DNA of 63,995 nt, the filler included, from Reticulomyxa filosa (Eukaryota; Protista; Foraminifera), in assembly GCA_000512085.1 (NCBI GenBank). It is 18 parts of 18 records of this genome, joined end to end, with 100 filler letters (N's around TTAATTAATTAA, not from the genome) between each part and the next. Parts side by side here need not be neighbours in the genome. Positions count along the whole stretch, not along the records: positions 32,281 to 35,449 come from ASPP01001381.1; positions 35,550 to 37,122 come from ASPP01008981.1; positions 37,223 to 38,807 come from ASPP01043218.1; positions 38,908 to 44,047 come from ASPP01009321.1; positions 44,148 to 48,906 come from ASPP01041896.1; 13 more parts are not named here. One strand, 5' to 3'. Position numbers and translations under genes: made by a program. Below the pieces are notes generated by a model that ran no database searches, was not told where the DNA came from, and saw nothing but the letters and a program-made list of their open reading frames with translations. Positions 34,527-47,938 of this stretch are shown piece after piece (position 1 is the stretch's first letter; each line of letters opens with the position of its first letter).

Positions 34527-35449
34527 ATGTCAGAAATATTCAAAAGTCGGTCAGGACCAAAGCCAACAAGCTTAGATTGGAACCTAAAACAGTTTTTTCA
34601 AGACTTTTGCAAGTCTCCGCAGAAAGGGTTGAAAGAAGTTAAAAAGTTATTGTCAAGAGCTGCAGATGTTGATCCTCAAACTGGACAACCTTTGCATGAA
34701 CACAAAATCCACGGGTATTTTATTTTAATTATTTTTTTTTCACCCCTTTTCTATCATCGTTCGATACGCAAAATCGCAACATTTCTATTTAAAAAAAAAG
34801 ATTTATAGAATTAGGTGGAGCAGCAAAAATAAAAGAGTTATTAGATCAATATCAATCAAAAGAAGATAAAGAAGGTGTTCACAGATGTTTAAAATTACTT
34901 AGTAATAATTATTTTCCATTCGACAATGAACTTATAGTGAATGAACTAAAAATGATTGATTTTTTGATTACTTTGCAAAAACAATCATGGATAAAATCCG
35001 ATTCCATTATTGTTAATGAAATTGATATTATTTTAACTCGATGGAATAAAATTATAGAAACTAGTTTTACTCAAGAAGTAAAACTACAAAGAGTCGGGTT
35101 TTATGAAAATGAAAATAAACAAGAAATAGTAAATTGTATTAGATATTCTCCAGCAGATCCAGTTATACAAATTTCATATTCAGAAATAACTCTTTTTCAA
35201 AGTTAATTATTTATCTTTTTTTTTTTAGTTTATTTTAAAAATATAAACATTAAATAAAAATATTATAGACGAGTCTACAAAGAAAATAATAAAATCAAAA
35301 TATTCCAAAAAACTTGAACGAGATTCACCCGAAAATAAATCATTAGACAATCAAATCCAAAATAGTCATAATCATAGTGATAGTGAAATAAAAAGTGATA
35401 TAATTGAACCAATATTTTTGAGTGAATTTCATTGCAATAATCCAAATTG
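34527..35449 (+). CDS. Hypothetical multi-exon protein, 5' part
   Basis: ATG at 34527; exon to ~34714, AG at 34807, exon through ORF 34937..35206, then a further exon to the contig end. No family recognised. Confidence 0.5.
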
Positions 35450-36601
35450 NNNNNNNNNNNNNNNNNNNNNNNNNNNNNNNNNNNNNNNNNNNNTTAATTA
35501 ATTAANNNNNNNNNNNNNNNNNNNNNNNNNNNNNNNNNNNNNNNNNNNNTTATTGAACAAAAAAAAAGTTACAAGTTTTTTAACTTGATTCCTTGAGGAC
35601 AAAAACATTTACTTGTCCGTTTGAAATTACTTTTATTTCTTCAAACATTTCCTCCAAACTTATAAAACAACTCTTTAAAAAGTAAAAAAAGTAATACAAT
35701 TTGATATTGTGCTTTAAAGCCACCACTGACATTAGTAAAGTGAAAAATTTGATATTTTCAATTATAATGTACCACGCACATCATCAGCCTGAATCAAAAC
35801 AAATTTTCATCAAAAAAAAAACATTTGCAAGAGAAAATATAAAGCTCCATTTAGTGCCTTTTTCCAGAGCTTGTTTCATAAGCTAATTTTCATGCAAATA
35901 AAAACATTTTTAAAAAAAGAAATAGGGGGAAAATGAATTTTCCCAAGTGCAGAAAATCCATCCGAGGCTCTTTCCCCCCAAGCCATTATAGTTAGAGAGA
36001 ATTCAAAGAATTTCATAATTCTTTAAGCGCTATCCCTTAGACGTTTGCACTATCCGTATGATATAAAAATGAAAAATCACGTGGACATTTGGGACGTCAC
36101 ATTCCATATATTTAATTTTTTTTTTATACTTAATTTCTGCAGTAAAATAACACTTATTAGAACATTTTCTCAAAAATTATAATAATTTATCAAGCAAACA
36201 ATCTACCTTTTTTCTATCTTATTCACACATTGAATTACAATTTTAGATTCAAACGACTCATTTAGTATTTGCAAATTAACAACTGTTGTAATTGCTTTTA
36301 ATTTTCTTTTCTTTTTGAGTAAGTTAAATGATATTACAACAATCTTTTAGGAATAATTCTTTTGTTTATTTGTTTGTTTTAGGATTGCATGAAAAAAGAT
36401 TTGAAAATATTGAAAGTAATTTTTTCTATTATTGGAAAATTTGATATTTTCATATAAGTTTGTAAGATGATAAGTAGTCAACAAGCATCTAATAATTTTA
36501 AGCGACAAGTGTGTTGTGCCCCGCCTCCGTTCAGTTATCAACATTTGAGAAGTGCAGCATACGAATAATACCCGCTTTCATTTCAATTCCTATTATCATT
36601 T

Positions 36602-37081
36602 ATGGCGGAAAAGACTGGTGAGTTTGTTGTGCAGTAGTCTGTGTAATTGAAATGTCTTTTGTGAGTAAAGAGCTTTTTTAGCTTCCATTTTGTAATGCGT
36701 TCATTTTTTTTTGTGTGTTTCGATCAACTATGGCATAAAAACCATTTTTCTGACAACAATATCCCCTTTTTTTAAAAAAAGATATTGGGTTGACACTGAG
36801 CAACGCCTCTGCAATAAGGAATGATCTGACAACGGAGCAAGATGTTTCGTGACTACATTGTATCTTATGTGTCAGTTTCGCATACGCTTGAGCAAGTGTG
36901 CGTATGTGTGTGTACGTGCCAAAAAAAAAAAAAAAAAGCGGAAGCAGATGACACATTGGGTCCACCAATGACTTTAGACACGTTATGTGTATATTTGGAT
37001 TGGCGAACACCGCAGTTATCAAAGGACGACATTAATATAACCGTATGGCAAATTGCAGCGACCATATGGGAATACTTGCCA
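36602..37081 (+). CDS. Hypothetical protein, 5' exons; +1 T frameshift at ~36845
   Basis: MAEKT|DIGLTLSNASAIRNDLTTEQDV/RDYIVSYVSVSHTLEQ|...EADDTLGPPMTLDTLCVYLDWRTPQL... with GT/AG boundaries. Confidence 0.45.
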
Positions 37082-37306
37082 GTTTGGGATATGTCTTTAA
37101 ACAAACAAAATTTTTTTTTTTTNNNNNNNNNNNNNNNNNNNNNNNNNNNNNNNNNNNNNNNNNNNNTTAATTAATTAANNNNNNNNNNNNNNNNNNNNNN
37201 NNNNNNNNNNNNNNNNNNNNNNAAAAAAAAAAAAAAAGAAAACTCCATTGTTTCTACGTTTTCACACAAAAAAATTCTTCCTTTTTTTTTCTTCCACCCT
37301 TCGAAC

Positions 37307-37817
37307 TTGTGCGGCAATTGCAGCTTGTTTTGCTGCACCTTTGGTAGGATGACGTATACACACAGCATCACAATACTGGGCCAGACAACGAATTGTGTCG
37401 TCCAATGTCTCGCCTTTGCTCACACTGCTGCTTTGCACGTCTGTGTTGGAGATGAACTTCTCTCCCAAACGTTGCATTGCCGCTTGGAAAGAACTGCATG
37501 TCCTTGTCGATGGTTCGTAAAAAATGCAACAAAATATTTTGTTCGGTGCGATCGTTAGAAGCGATTCGTCTTCGTTTAACACTCGCTCCTTCATCTCACT
37601 TGCGCATTCCAAGACTAGTTCTATATCTTCCATTGACAACAGTACCCGATTTTTCATTCCTGTGCTCTTCGTTGTTAAGGTCTTTATTCTGCGCTTCTTT
37701 TTGCGTTTTTCTTTTGTGCTTGTCGTACAACGAGGTTGCACAAGCTCCAGCCGCAAATCCACTGAATGATAAGAATGACAACAGATAACGGGAGGATGTT
37801 GTCTCTGATGACGTCAT
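37307..37817 (-). CDS. pyrB: Aspartate carbamoyltransferase, 5' part, stand-alone with N-terminal extension; one frameshift
   Basis: FYEPSTRTCSSF..AMQRLG...SSVSKGETLDDTIRCLAQYCDAVCIRHP is the carbamoyl-phosphate-binding domain of ATCase. The upstream ATG at 37817 is in another frame. Confidence 0.9.
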
Positions 37818-38508
37818 GGTTTAATTAATTATGAAAGATTCGACTTGCTGCTAACATTATAAAGGGGAAACAAACACAAATAGCAGCAAAGCCAATTTGT
37901 GGTGTATATGCTAAGTACTTTATAAAAACGCAACTAGAAAACTATTTTTAAATGTTAAAATTATATGTTTTGTGAAACTGTGACACAGTTTCTTTGGCCA
38001 GCGTTTGCGATTACTACAATAAAAGAGTAGCGTAAGTAGCAAAAAAGCTGCGTATACGACCGTAACAATGGCTCAAGAAAAGAAAAGAAAAAAACGATAC
38101 AAGAAGCGAAAGCTTGCAGAAATGATGGCTGAAACAATGCCAAATGAGCAAGATACTCGTGACTCAAAATCGTTTGCACAACCGGACGCAACATAGCCTC
38201 CAATAGAAACAAGCACGAGAAAATTAAAGAAAGCGCGCAAAAGCGTGAAGATAGAAAAAAATAAGCCTTTGGCAATCATTTGTATAATATTGCAAGCGAT
38301 ACAAGAAAGAGAATATAATAGTTGCCATTTCCTTTGATATTTTCAAGTAAATGAAATCTAGTGTACACTGGTTATTTATCATTGACCAAATCAATAACTT
38401 TTCAAAAAGACTAAACAACCTATCACAGATGTTGTTAATGACAACTGTGTGGCTTTTATTTTTAAAAAGGATTATTGCCTTTGTGGTTCTGATTCATTGT
38501 TAATTTGT

Positions 38509-38793
38509 TTAAAATGGACATTCATTTTCTGGCACAGGTCCACAGTTCTGAAACCTCTCCAGCAACTTCTCTTGCAACCCGCCGTGAAAAAACATCCATT
38601 TCATTTTTGCAGCATACTCAGCATTCCAGTGGCTACTGGAATACACAATTGGATGCCAATCTTTGTATTTTTCTTCCATATATTGATGCCATGGAATTGA
38701 TTGTTCCGACCAATTCGAGTCCATGTTGGATTGTGAAGAACAAACATCAGCGCATAGTTTCATTGTACCTACTTGATGACAGCCCTGAAATGC
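38509..38793 (-). CDS. Terminal exon of an unidentified protein
   Basis: AG acceptor at ~38794, then an open frame AFQGCHQVGTMKLC...ENECPF*. Confidence 0.4.
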   Translation of the reverse strand, partial: AFQGCHQVGTMKLCADVCSSQSNMDSNWSEQSIPWHQYMEEKYKDWHPIVYSSSHWNAEYAAKMKWMFFHGGLQEKLLERFQNCGPVPENECPF

Positions 38794-38952
38794 CTGAATA
38801 AAATGCANNNNNNNNNNNNNNNNNNNNNNNNNNNNNNNNNNNNNNNNNNNNTTAATTAATTAANNNNNNNNNNNNNNNNNNNNNNNNNNNNNNNNNNNNN
38901 NNNNNNNACTCACCTTTTTTTTTTTTGGTGTTGTATTGGAATGGAGGGAACC

Positions 38953-39561
38953 TTTCAAGTGGGGGTTGTCTCGCATTGCCACGGCGGCGTAAAACATGTC
39001 CATGTCGATATGAATCCACGTCTTGGTTAGATCTCGCTCTTGGGAGTCAATTGTCTGCAATTGTCGATCACATTTCCATTGCATACTTTGCACTTGTTCG
39101 TCTGTCATGTTTTTTATTTTTCTTTCTTTGGTTTTATTCGTTCGTCTACCTTTATTCCCCCCCCCCCCCCGAATTCATTTGTTTTTTATATTTTTTTACG
39201 TTGTTGTTTAGGTTTAGACAAACACAAAGTACATGTTATGTGTACGTCATTTATATACAATACACAAATGTAAAAGTGGAAAGGAAACGAAGAGGGGAAT
39301 ACATGAAACACAAACTTGTTGTGCTCTTCTTAGCTCGTTTTGGAAATATTTCGAGTCTTTTGACATCTCATATAACGTTTCTTGCAGTTTTTGTTTGTTG
39401 ATGTGTTGCATTCCTGCTTTTTCTGAAGCATACACAAACAAATGGCTTGTGTTGTTCCCGTTCCCAATTGCTTTTTCTCCGTTCCCATTTTCAATTGCCA
39501 ATGTTCTCCTGCTACCAGGTTCTGCTGAATTGTCAGGTTTTTCTGGATTTTCATCGGTCAT
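38953..39561 (-). CDS. POLK: DNA polymerase kappa (Y-family, DinB-like), 5' exons
   Basis: N-clasp KAGMQHINKQKLQETLYEMSKDSKYFQNE, followed by RDLTKTWIHIDMDMFYAAVAMRDNPHLK. Confidence 0.93.
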
Positions 39562-39951
39562 TGTCTCTATTTCTTTTGAATTAATGCTTCTATCAAGATT
39601 AATAGACGATTCTTCCACCAGAGAAAAAAAAAAGGAACGGTGGCACATCTTTCTTTTAGTCGAAATACTTTTTCTTTTTTTCCTTTCATTTGCAAGGATC
39701 ACACCAAGTCATTACAGCAGGCGAAAGAAGATAGGCATTTTTTCATTTTACAAGGACTAGTGTTTGCACTTCTTGCACTATCAATGTTTAAAAACAAGTT
39801 TCTTTTCGGTTAGCCCTGCAGAATGCAATTGACTTTTGTTTTCTTGATAAAACGGCCACGAGGTGATAATTAAAAACTGTCGGCAAGTTTTGGTGTCGGG
39901 TTAAAAAATTTCAGGGGAAAATAAAATAAAAAAGAATAAATAATAGAACAA

Positions 39952-42331
39952 ATGTCGAAAAAAATTGTTCCACCGAAAACAGCAGCGCCTCCTCCTCCAA
40001 CTCAGATGGCTCCCCGACCTCCAGCAGATGAGGAAAGCGACAAGACTGAGAGCAAGTCCAAGACAGCTACGTTGACAAAAAATCCACCACCAGTTCCAGT
40101 ATCTGTGAAATCAGCGACGGCTGGATCAGCAAGGGCATTGGTGAACAATAATACAGCAAAGTCTTCCCTGCAAGCAAAGACAAATGACTCTTTGAAGCAT
40201 TCACGTGGAGGCTCGTTGAACATAACCCTCTCCAAGACCAACTCAGCCAATTTCGTTGCAGTTGATGACCCAGTACACAGAAAGCACACACATAAATCAG
40301 AACGGCAATGTCCTCCCCCTTTTCTTAAAAAAAATTTTATTATTTTTTTTTTGGAAGGAGAGAAACAAGACCCCTCAAAGAAATAGAATGTGGAAACTCT
40401 TGTTCACAAATAGGACGAAGAAGAAAAAACCAAGCCCCCACCGGTGCCAAAGAAGACAGAAAAAGTTATCAATTTCACGTATACACAACACAAATGATTA
40501 TATGATACGTGTCACATTACTTTATGTTAAGGTCTTTGTAGACCATTCGGCTTTGTTTTTTTCTTAAAGTGATAATAATAATAACAATAAATAAATTAAA
40601 CTTAAAAAAGAATCAAAATAAGAATACCACGACTGCTCTACCAGCGTCTGAGAGTAAAAATGGACCGAAATTTCCCTGGGAAAAATCCAAGTCATTGGAC
40701 CACGAATCGAAAAAAGAAACAGAGAAGCAGAAGCAGAACCAGAACCAGAACCAGGGGCCCTTGAAAGTTCCTCCGCCGGCGCCCAAGGCGCCCTCGTCAC
40801 AAGGCGGTGCAAACAAGCCGAGACAACCCCCTCCGACAAAGCCTGGCGCGGCCAAAAAAGACATGACGCGGTTTCGCTCTTCCAGTGCGGGCGCGCCGAA
40901 AATCGAAGTAAACAGTGGTCAGGGTAACAGCCAGGAAGAAGAAGAAGAGGAAGAGGAAAAAGAGAAGAACAGTTATTCCGGTAAAAAAATGGCAAGCATG
41001 GACGCGAACGTTGGCTCTGCACACGTCCGGGCAAGCTCCTATGGACTGTCGGTTACTGATATGATGAATCCTGCTGCGTCGTCTCAATCCGAGCGCACTT
41101 TAATCCCTATCAAAACAAAACCACCACCACCCAAAGAAAGATATTCGGGCAAATATGTTTCGTCTTATTTTACAACGCCAATACATTATATAATATATGT
41201 ATACATATATGTGTATATGTACATATGTGTTTATATAGCTGTAGTATTTGTACAACATATATAAAAGGGGGTCTTTTAAAAAAAAAAAATTTTTTGGGGA
41301 AAATTTTAGGGAAAAAATATTGAATTGATAAGTGGGGAGATTGGCAGTGGCCGTTGCACGGACCAAGTGGGCACACTTGTATTGCTACCTTCTCGGCTGG
41401 GCAATGGCTGGATCTATGCAAAGTCGGGGATGTATCAACTGACAATCGACGAGAAGTTGGACCGGGAAGAAAAGCAAGAATCGACCAATCCGCTGATTCG
41501 CAATCGGCAAGACAAAAAAAATGGGCAGAAAATCAAAGAAGGATCGCCTTGCCTGTTCGACAGCAACGACGGAAAGTTTGCAAAGAACATTCGTCCCATC
41601 AATCGCGTTCTCGAAGAAACGCTGGCTGAGTGTCTGAACGAAGACAAAACTATGACTTTGTACGACGCATCTTATTTCGTTTTTGAAACCAAATTCGACG
41701 ACAAAAGCAACTCACTGCAGAATGAATTGATGGCATTTGATAAATACGAAGTGTCCGAGTTTAGTTTAGTTTAGTTTGCTTTTTGTGTTTTTTTTTTGCG
41801 GTGTTGTTATCGTTTGAAGTGATTACCGAAATAAATAAACCCCCTTTTTTTTTTTGTGAATGGGATCAGTTTGGTTGAGAGAAGTGAACATGCTATAAAC
41901 GCATTTGTCAATGGTGATGGTGGAACTATCTTCATTGGAATTGACAAAGAAAAAAACATCAAAGGGGTCAAGTTGACCAAAGTTGAAGTCGACAATTTTA
42001 AAGAGAGGCTAGAAGGCAGAGTCGCCCAGTTTCAGCCACAGACACAAAATTTGGGTTCCAAATTGGTTATTGGATTTATCCCGGTTGTACAATTAGATGG
42101 AACTTTCCTCGAAAATTTGGTTATCATCAAGATAACCATTCCTGGACCTCAGTTTTTATTCATTTTATACTAACCATATAGATAAACTGCGATTATTCAG
42201 ATTTTTGTTTTGTTTTTTTGCAAATATCAAAAAAAAAAAGTTTTGACGCAAAGGGATCGCCAATTCTCTTCCGGACTTCAAAAGGAGAATTGTGGACTAA
42301 AAAGATTGGTTATATTGTCAAGTCTGTTTAA
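39952..42331 (+). CDS. Pro/Lys-rich disordered N-terminus + cold-shock-like OB domain + Schlafen AlbA_2 domain; multi-exon
   Basis: AINAFVNGDGGTIFIGIDKEKNIKGVKL...VIIKITI...LFRTSKGELWTKK is the AlbA_2 signature. GNGWIY...IKEGSPCLFD..GKFAKNIRP resembles a cold-shock domain. Last intron 42152-42240; stop at 42331. Confidence 0.8.
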
Positions 42332-43167
42332 CAATGTTGTTGTAGATTTGGATTCTTTTTTTCTTTCTTTTAGAAAACTTGTATTGTGTTGTGTTGCTTG
42401 AATCGTGCAAAATTATTTTTGATTGTGATTTGACACGTTTTGTCAATACTTTCTTACCTTGCTTTTTTTTTGCATACTTATTTCAAACAAATCACACCTT
42501 TGTGGTGACATCCCTCTTTTCTCAAGGTAGATCATATTAAAACGATCTGTCCTATCAGGCTTCAAGTAGTAAATTTAATCTAAACTTGTAAACATTTTTT
42601 TCTCGTTTCTTTATTTTCATTAATTTTATTTAAGCATTATTCAATGATATTTACTCAAAGAGCAGTTACTCGTATTACACTTTATATTCAGTCTTTTCTG
42701 TGGAAGTCCTTTTCAATGTATTGTTTTCAAAAAAAGGGGATGTATCCCCATTGAGTGAAAAATCTACTCAGCAACACATTTAGAACGTTTTTTAATTTTT
42801 GTATGTTACATCCTCATCTAAATTATTTTTTTTCAATGATGTTGATGCAGTATACCATTCGATGCAAGTTGAGCATCCTAAGAATGTATTTTCAATATGT
42901 TATTTCTTGTCTTGGCAGTACATGTACAACAAGTTATAACCGCGCCATATCAATCAAACTAATTGAAAATAGTAACATTTAATTGAAGAAAATTTGTGAA
43001 ATGTAATGTCTCATTTTGTTTTTGTTACTTATGTTCTCAGCATGCGTTCCATAAAATGTATTTCCACAGAAAAAAACAAGGGAAGAAGACTCTTTTGTTT
43101 ATTTTTGGAGTTTGCAAACTTGGTGGCCGAACAAATCTTCTTTGTGAAGCAAATTCGTTGTATATCT

Positions 43168-43955
43168 ATGACTGAAAGTAAAACTGAAAACGAAAAACCA
43201 TTAAATTTTGACGAAACAAGCGGAAAATCATCGTGTCTTGCTCCTCAACCAAAAGCTGGACCAAATTATCCATTACAGCTGTACGTAGCAATATCTTATC
43301 ACATTATTATTATTTTTTTGCAATAGTGAGGAAAAAGATGTGACTATGTTGTATTGCTACAGACAATCTAAGTACACAAGGATATTGAGTATCGATGACA
43401 ACAATGCAAAAGTGGAATTAGTGGTACGTTTTTCAATTTTTTTTTTTTTTTTTTGCTATTAAAAAAAACCAACGTGCTTCAACAACGAATTGTATATAAA
43501 AACAAAAAGGACGAAAGATTGACAACATTCAACATAAAGGATGAAAAATGGAACAAATTAGACTTGAGGAATGGAGATGAAATACTTTGCACATATTCAT
43601 CCAATTCAGACCAAATCTCGAAGGTGGACAAGATTGAATTCCCTGCGCTTTATCAAAGTGAAATAATTGAAGATGACGATGCTCAATTTGCATTGGTGAT
43701 ACTGCATTGCAAAAAATCGGTATTTTTTTTTTTTTTTGGAACACATACGACATTGTATACATTCATTTTGTAGTATTCATTTGTGAGTAAATTGTGGAAC
43801 TTGTTTGTTTATTGACAAAAGCAGCAAGAAACAAAAGTGAATCTTGTGAACGATGATCGAAAGAAAGGAAAATGGAAAGCCAGGGACAAGGTGGAGTTTC
43901 GTTGCAGATATCGCGGTGATGCATGGATTGCTGTTGGTGTTAACATTATTCAGCA
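43168..43955 (+). CDS. Hypothetical multi-exon protein with short OB-like beta repeats, 5' part
   Basis: MTESK start and four exons with consistent GT/AG boundaries. Repeats LDLRNGDEILC and WKARDKVEFRC resemble OB L..GD.V.F motifs. Confidence 0.5.
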
Positions 43956-45350
43956 GGCACCCCTGTTTAGTTCTTTATTATTATTATTTTTTTTTTAACA
44001 ACGTATACGTACATGTGTATGTATATATCTTTGTCATTTGTATATTANNNNNNNNNNNNNNNNNNNNNNNNNNNNNNNNNNNNNNNNNNNNTTAATTAAT
44101 TAANNNNNNNNNNNNNNNNNNNNNNNNNNNNNNNNNNNNNNNNNNNNTTTGTTTTACACTGTACAAACATCATTCTTTTCATGCCCCTTTTCCTTTTGTT
44201 ATCTTTCTTTTTTGTGCTTCGCTCAGTCTTTTTTTTTGTTTACGCTTTTAGAACTGTTTCAGTTGCTGTGACATCTTTATTTTGGATATTGTACTTGGCT
44301 GACAACAGCCAGAGAAAAAAAAAATTCTGTTGTACCAATGCATTTTCTCAGAAACAGGCCAATGTGACGGATTTTTTCAGTGATACGTTTTTATATGCGG
44401 CATGCAATGTCACACAAACAATAAAAATCAATACGTACAATAAAGTTTTTAGCTGCTAGAAAATTTTGAAAGGAAAAATTGAGAAGATGTTATTTACTAC
44501 GTGATCTTTTTTAGGTCATTATGTCTGCAAAATCGTAACTATTTGCAACTTATCACACAACTTTTTAAACATTTAGTTTTTACTAGTAATCTTTTCTCCA
44601 CTAAACTCGATATTAAATATTTAACCAATTTTTTGATATATTCAATTTCTTTTTCTTTTCTTTCTTGCAAAATGCTAAATTTATTCTTTAATATTTTGCA
44701 TCTATTTTCTTTCTATCATGTGCAATGGAATACTAGTGGTGAGTGAATTTTGAAAACACTTTTTACTTAAAATTTGATTTATTCATTTCATCAAATTTTT
44801 TATTATTGTTTAGTTTCTTTCTCAATATTTAATTTAAGCTTGTTTTTGTGAAAACTTTGATCAGTAGTGAATTTTTGTATAAACGGTAAGGAAATATATA
44901 AAATCTTGAGCGTTTCTTTAGAAAATATTTCATTTTTTTTACCTTTTGAACTTTGGCTTTATTTTTATACATATAATCGTGAATATAATTTAAATTATAA
45001 TTACATTTATCACGTTTATTTTTTACTTATTTTATATTTACGCACATTTGTACTGTTTAACATGAAAAAGGGGAACAGCAACAAGGCATTTTTGCTTATT
45101 GTCCTCAAAATGCCACATTAACAAAAAAAACTGTATTAAATATTTGATGAGATTGGTCACGACTGGATTCTTAAAGCAAACCTTTTTTCAGGAATATTAT
45201 TTTGCACAAAAAGGTTTACTTTGTTTTAAGGTGTATTGAACAAGAGGATCAATGAAAAAGTGTGATAAAAATTCCAGTTGAACAACAGGAAATGTTTGTT
45301 GTACAAGATATTTGTTAATTCAAAAACATGAAAAACGACTTGGACAATAA

Positions 45351-45993
45351 TTATGACCTTGGTTTTTCCTTTTTTTCCCAAGAACAAGGCATTTAAGGAG
45401 ACTCCTGCAACTTTGACTACTTTAAATCGCACACCGGGGATATCACCGACGGAGTGACCACTTCGACCAAATCCTGCGACCAACACCTCGTCCTAAGCAC
45501 AATAACAAACACTCGAAAATTCGCAATTAGTTTAAAAGAAGCGACAAAACACTCATACATTTTCTTCAATAAAGTTCAAGCAACCATCGCTTGGGACGAA
45601 GGCTGTAATTTTTTTACTATTTTTGATAAGTTGGACGCGCACACATTTTCGGATGGCAGAGTTTGGTTGTTTGGCCTCCACGCCTCTATGCCGCACAATC
45701 AACCAATTTTTATTTTCATCAAAGCTTTAAAAAAGTAAACAAGACTTCTTACACTTTCTCTACCACAATCCCTTTGGCATGGGAGCTTCCTTGGAATGGA
45801 TTAGCTTTGAGTGACACCAAGCTGTGTCTTCTTTTCCAACTTTTTTTTGCCCATTTGTGTTTTGATCTGTTTTCTTTCAACTTTCGGGCGGCGTTAATAC
45901 CGCGAGGCTTACTGTTCACATTTTTTGCAATGAAGACTGTTAATACGAGCAAGTTTATACAAACAACACAAAAACTAACCTGCATTTGCCCAT
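45351..45993 (-). CDS. RPS23: 40S ribosomal protein S23 (uS12), 4 exons; one extra A at 45370-45376
   Basis: [16 protein letters not shown]...[40 protein letters not shown]...[37 protein letters not shown]. The C-terminal KKEKPRS* is restored by removing one A. Confidence 0.97.
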
Positions 45994-47627
45994 TTAATTA
46001 GATGTTCGGCAAATAAATCCGAGAATAGATCAACAAAATTTAAAAAAAAAAATTGTTGAACCTTTTCAGTACCTGCGTTCTGTTGGATATCATCACGCCA
46101 CTAACAAATTCAGTTACTTTTTTGCCAAACTGCGTCACTTGCAGCAAATACATCCCGGTAAAATTGTGGACGTCATAGCAAACCAGCAAACGCTGTCAAT
46201 ATTTCAGTTCGAACATGATTAAACCGATTTTTTTATTGAGAAAAAAGATACACAATGATCCTCTGAATACCACAATTTTCGTGTATACTTGATATACAAC
46301 AATCGACATGTGAATCAAAAATTGTTGCAACGTCGAACACGTTTAAAAAAAGAAAAAACCAATTAGCACACTTTCAATACTACACTTAATATCAACTCTA
46401 AACACAAAAAAAGAACCAAAACTAAAGTTCTGTTGAAAGATACGACAACAAAAAATGTGCTCAAAAAAGGGGGCGGTTCCATTTTTTTAATTTTATTATC
46501 TTTAATCTTTTTTTTATTGGCTGTACTATTTTGAAAATAAAAGATTGATTGTCACTTTTCTTTGTTCTATGTCCTACAATATTTTTACTACTTGTTTTGG
46601 AAAATAATAAAATGTTTAACTTGACAAATACTGAACTATTGAACTATCTGTTCAAAGCGTTAAAACATAAATGAAATTAATTCTTTCAGAAATACGAAAA
46701 AATTGAATGATAATCATTGATTATTACTAGTTATGTTTTTCTTTGAAATAAACATTTAATAAATACAACTATTGCAAAATATGCATGAAAAAAACGTATG
46801 AACTTGTCAAACAATGACCAAACAGGACATTAACAGACTAGCCTTACATAAAAAGCAAATTATGATATTTGAATTTCTCTTGTTATCTGTTGAAGAATTT
46901 TACTAAAAAATATGATTTTTCATCTGCCTCATTACCTTCAGTTACACTAGTCTTAAAATCTTCAGATTTACTTCAAAGCCGAACATATTTTAAATCGTCT
47001 CGGAAATGTACGCTCTTGCTAAGAGCAATTCTTTGGTGATCTGCCCAATTTTTACCAAGTATTTTCTCAAACAGTCCAAATCAAAAAGGAATCAACAATA
47101 AGAATGATCAAGAGTGAAAGAAAAAATTTCAAATTAATTTTTTAAAAGTGAATATAATTTTTTTTTTAGCTTGATCTGCTTTTTTTTCCTATTCTAATAA
47201 ACGAACAAAAATCAAAACAGGCAAGACAATAAATAGTGTTATAAAATTGTTTTAATAATTTTTTTTTATACAGTATAAATAATCTTTTTATCATTTAATG
47301 TTTAATGAATTCTCGGATTATGTTGGTTGCTGTGCACACACTCACTAGTCGAGTTTCATAGTTTTCTTTTTCATCAGTGAAAATTTCAAGCGTTACAAAA
47401 ATTGCATTTCTTCCAAAAGCTTTCTTATTGGTATATGCTCATTGTCAACTGGACTATCTTTGTCAACTTACTGTTTGGCTTTTTTTTACGTTTATTGACT
47501 TGTCATAATCAATACAACTTCTGTCTTACCTTAGTTTAATTAATACTTTTTGCATTGAATCACAGCAGCGTGAGAGTTGATTAGTGTTTCGGCAACTTCG
47601 CTTAACTACAGTTTTTTAAACACGTAC

Positions 47628-47938
47628 CCATGGCAACATTTCTGAAATCAGCACTGTCGTCATTATCATGATCATTGTCGCGATCGTTCTTGCGACTGTG
47701 ATTGTCAATTCTGGACTGTTCTTTAAAGCATAGACGTCAGTGGCCGAAAGACTGCAATATTGTCGGTTGTCCTTTGCTACGACGAAGGCAAGTTCTTGCA
47801 AATACCGTTTGTGCATTTAATACATTGACATGTTTTCATTCTCGCTAAACAATTCGTCGTTTAAATAGATACGAGAAACGCTTACGCATCTTGTCTTTTT
47901 TGTAACTGGATCTTTTGTCGTCTGCATGAAGATCTTAT
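47628..47938 (-). pseudogene. Isolated exon-like remnant with an in-frame stop
   Basis: Frame IFMQTTKDPVTKKTRC...MSMY*MHKRYLQELAFVV... in otherwise very AT-rich DNA. Confidence 0.3.

Noticed and set aside
38730-38793. HQVGTMK as a GMC oxidoreductase C-terminal motif
   Set aside because: The expected downstream VVD...V.G...LRV.DAS segment is absent.
45351-45380. Programmed +1 ribosomal frameshifting (shifts at ~7075, ~23747, ~29212, ~36845 and ~45373)
   Set aside because: All lie in homopolymers, there is no shared AAA-stop slippery motif, the TPR gene also shows base losses, and even conserved RPS23 is hit. Homopolymer sequencing error is the simplest explanation; raw reads would settle it.
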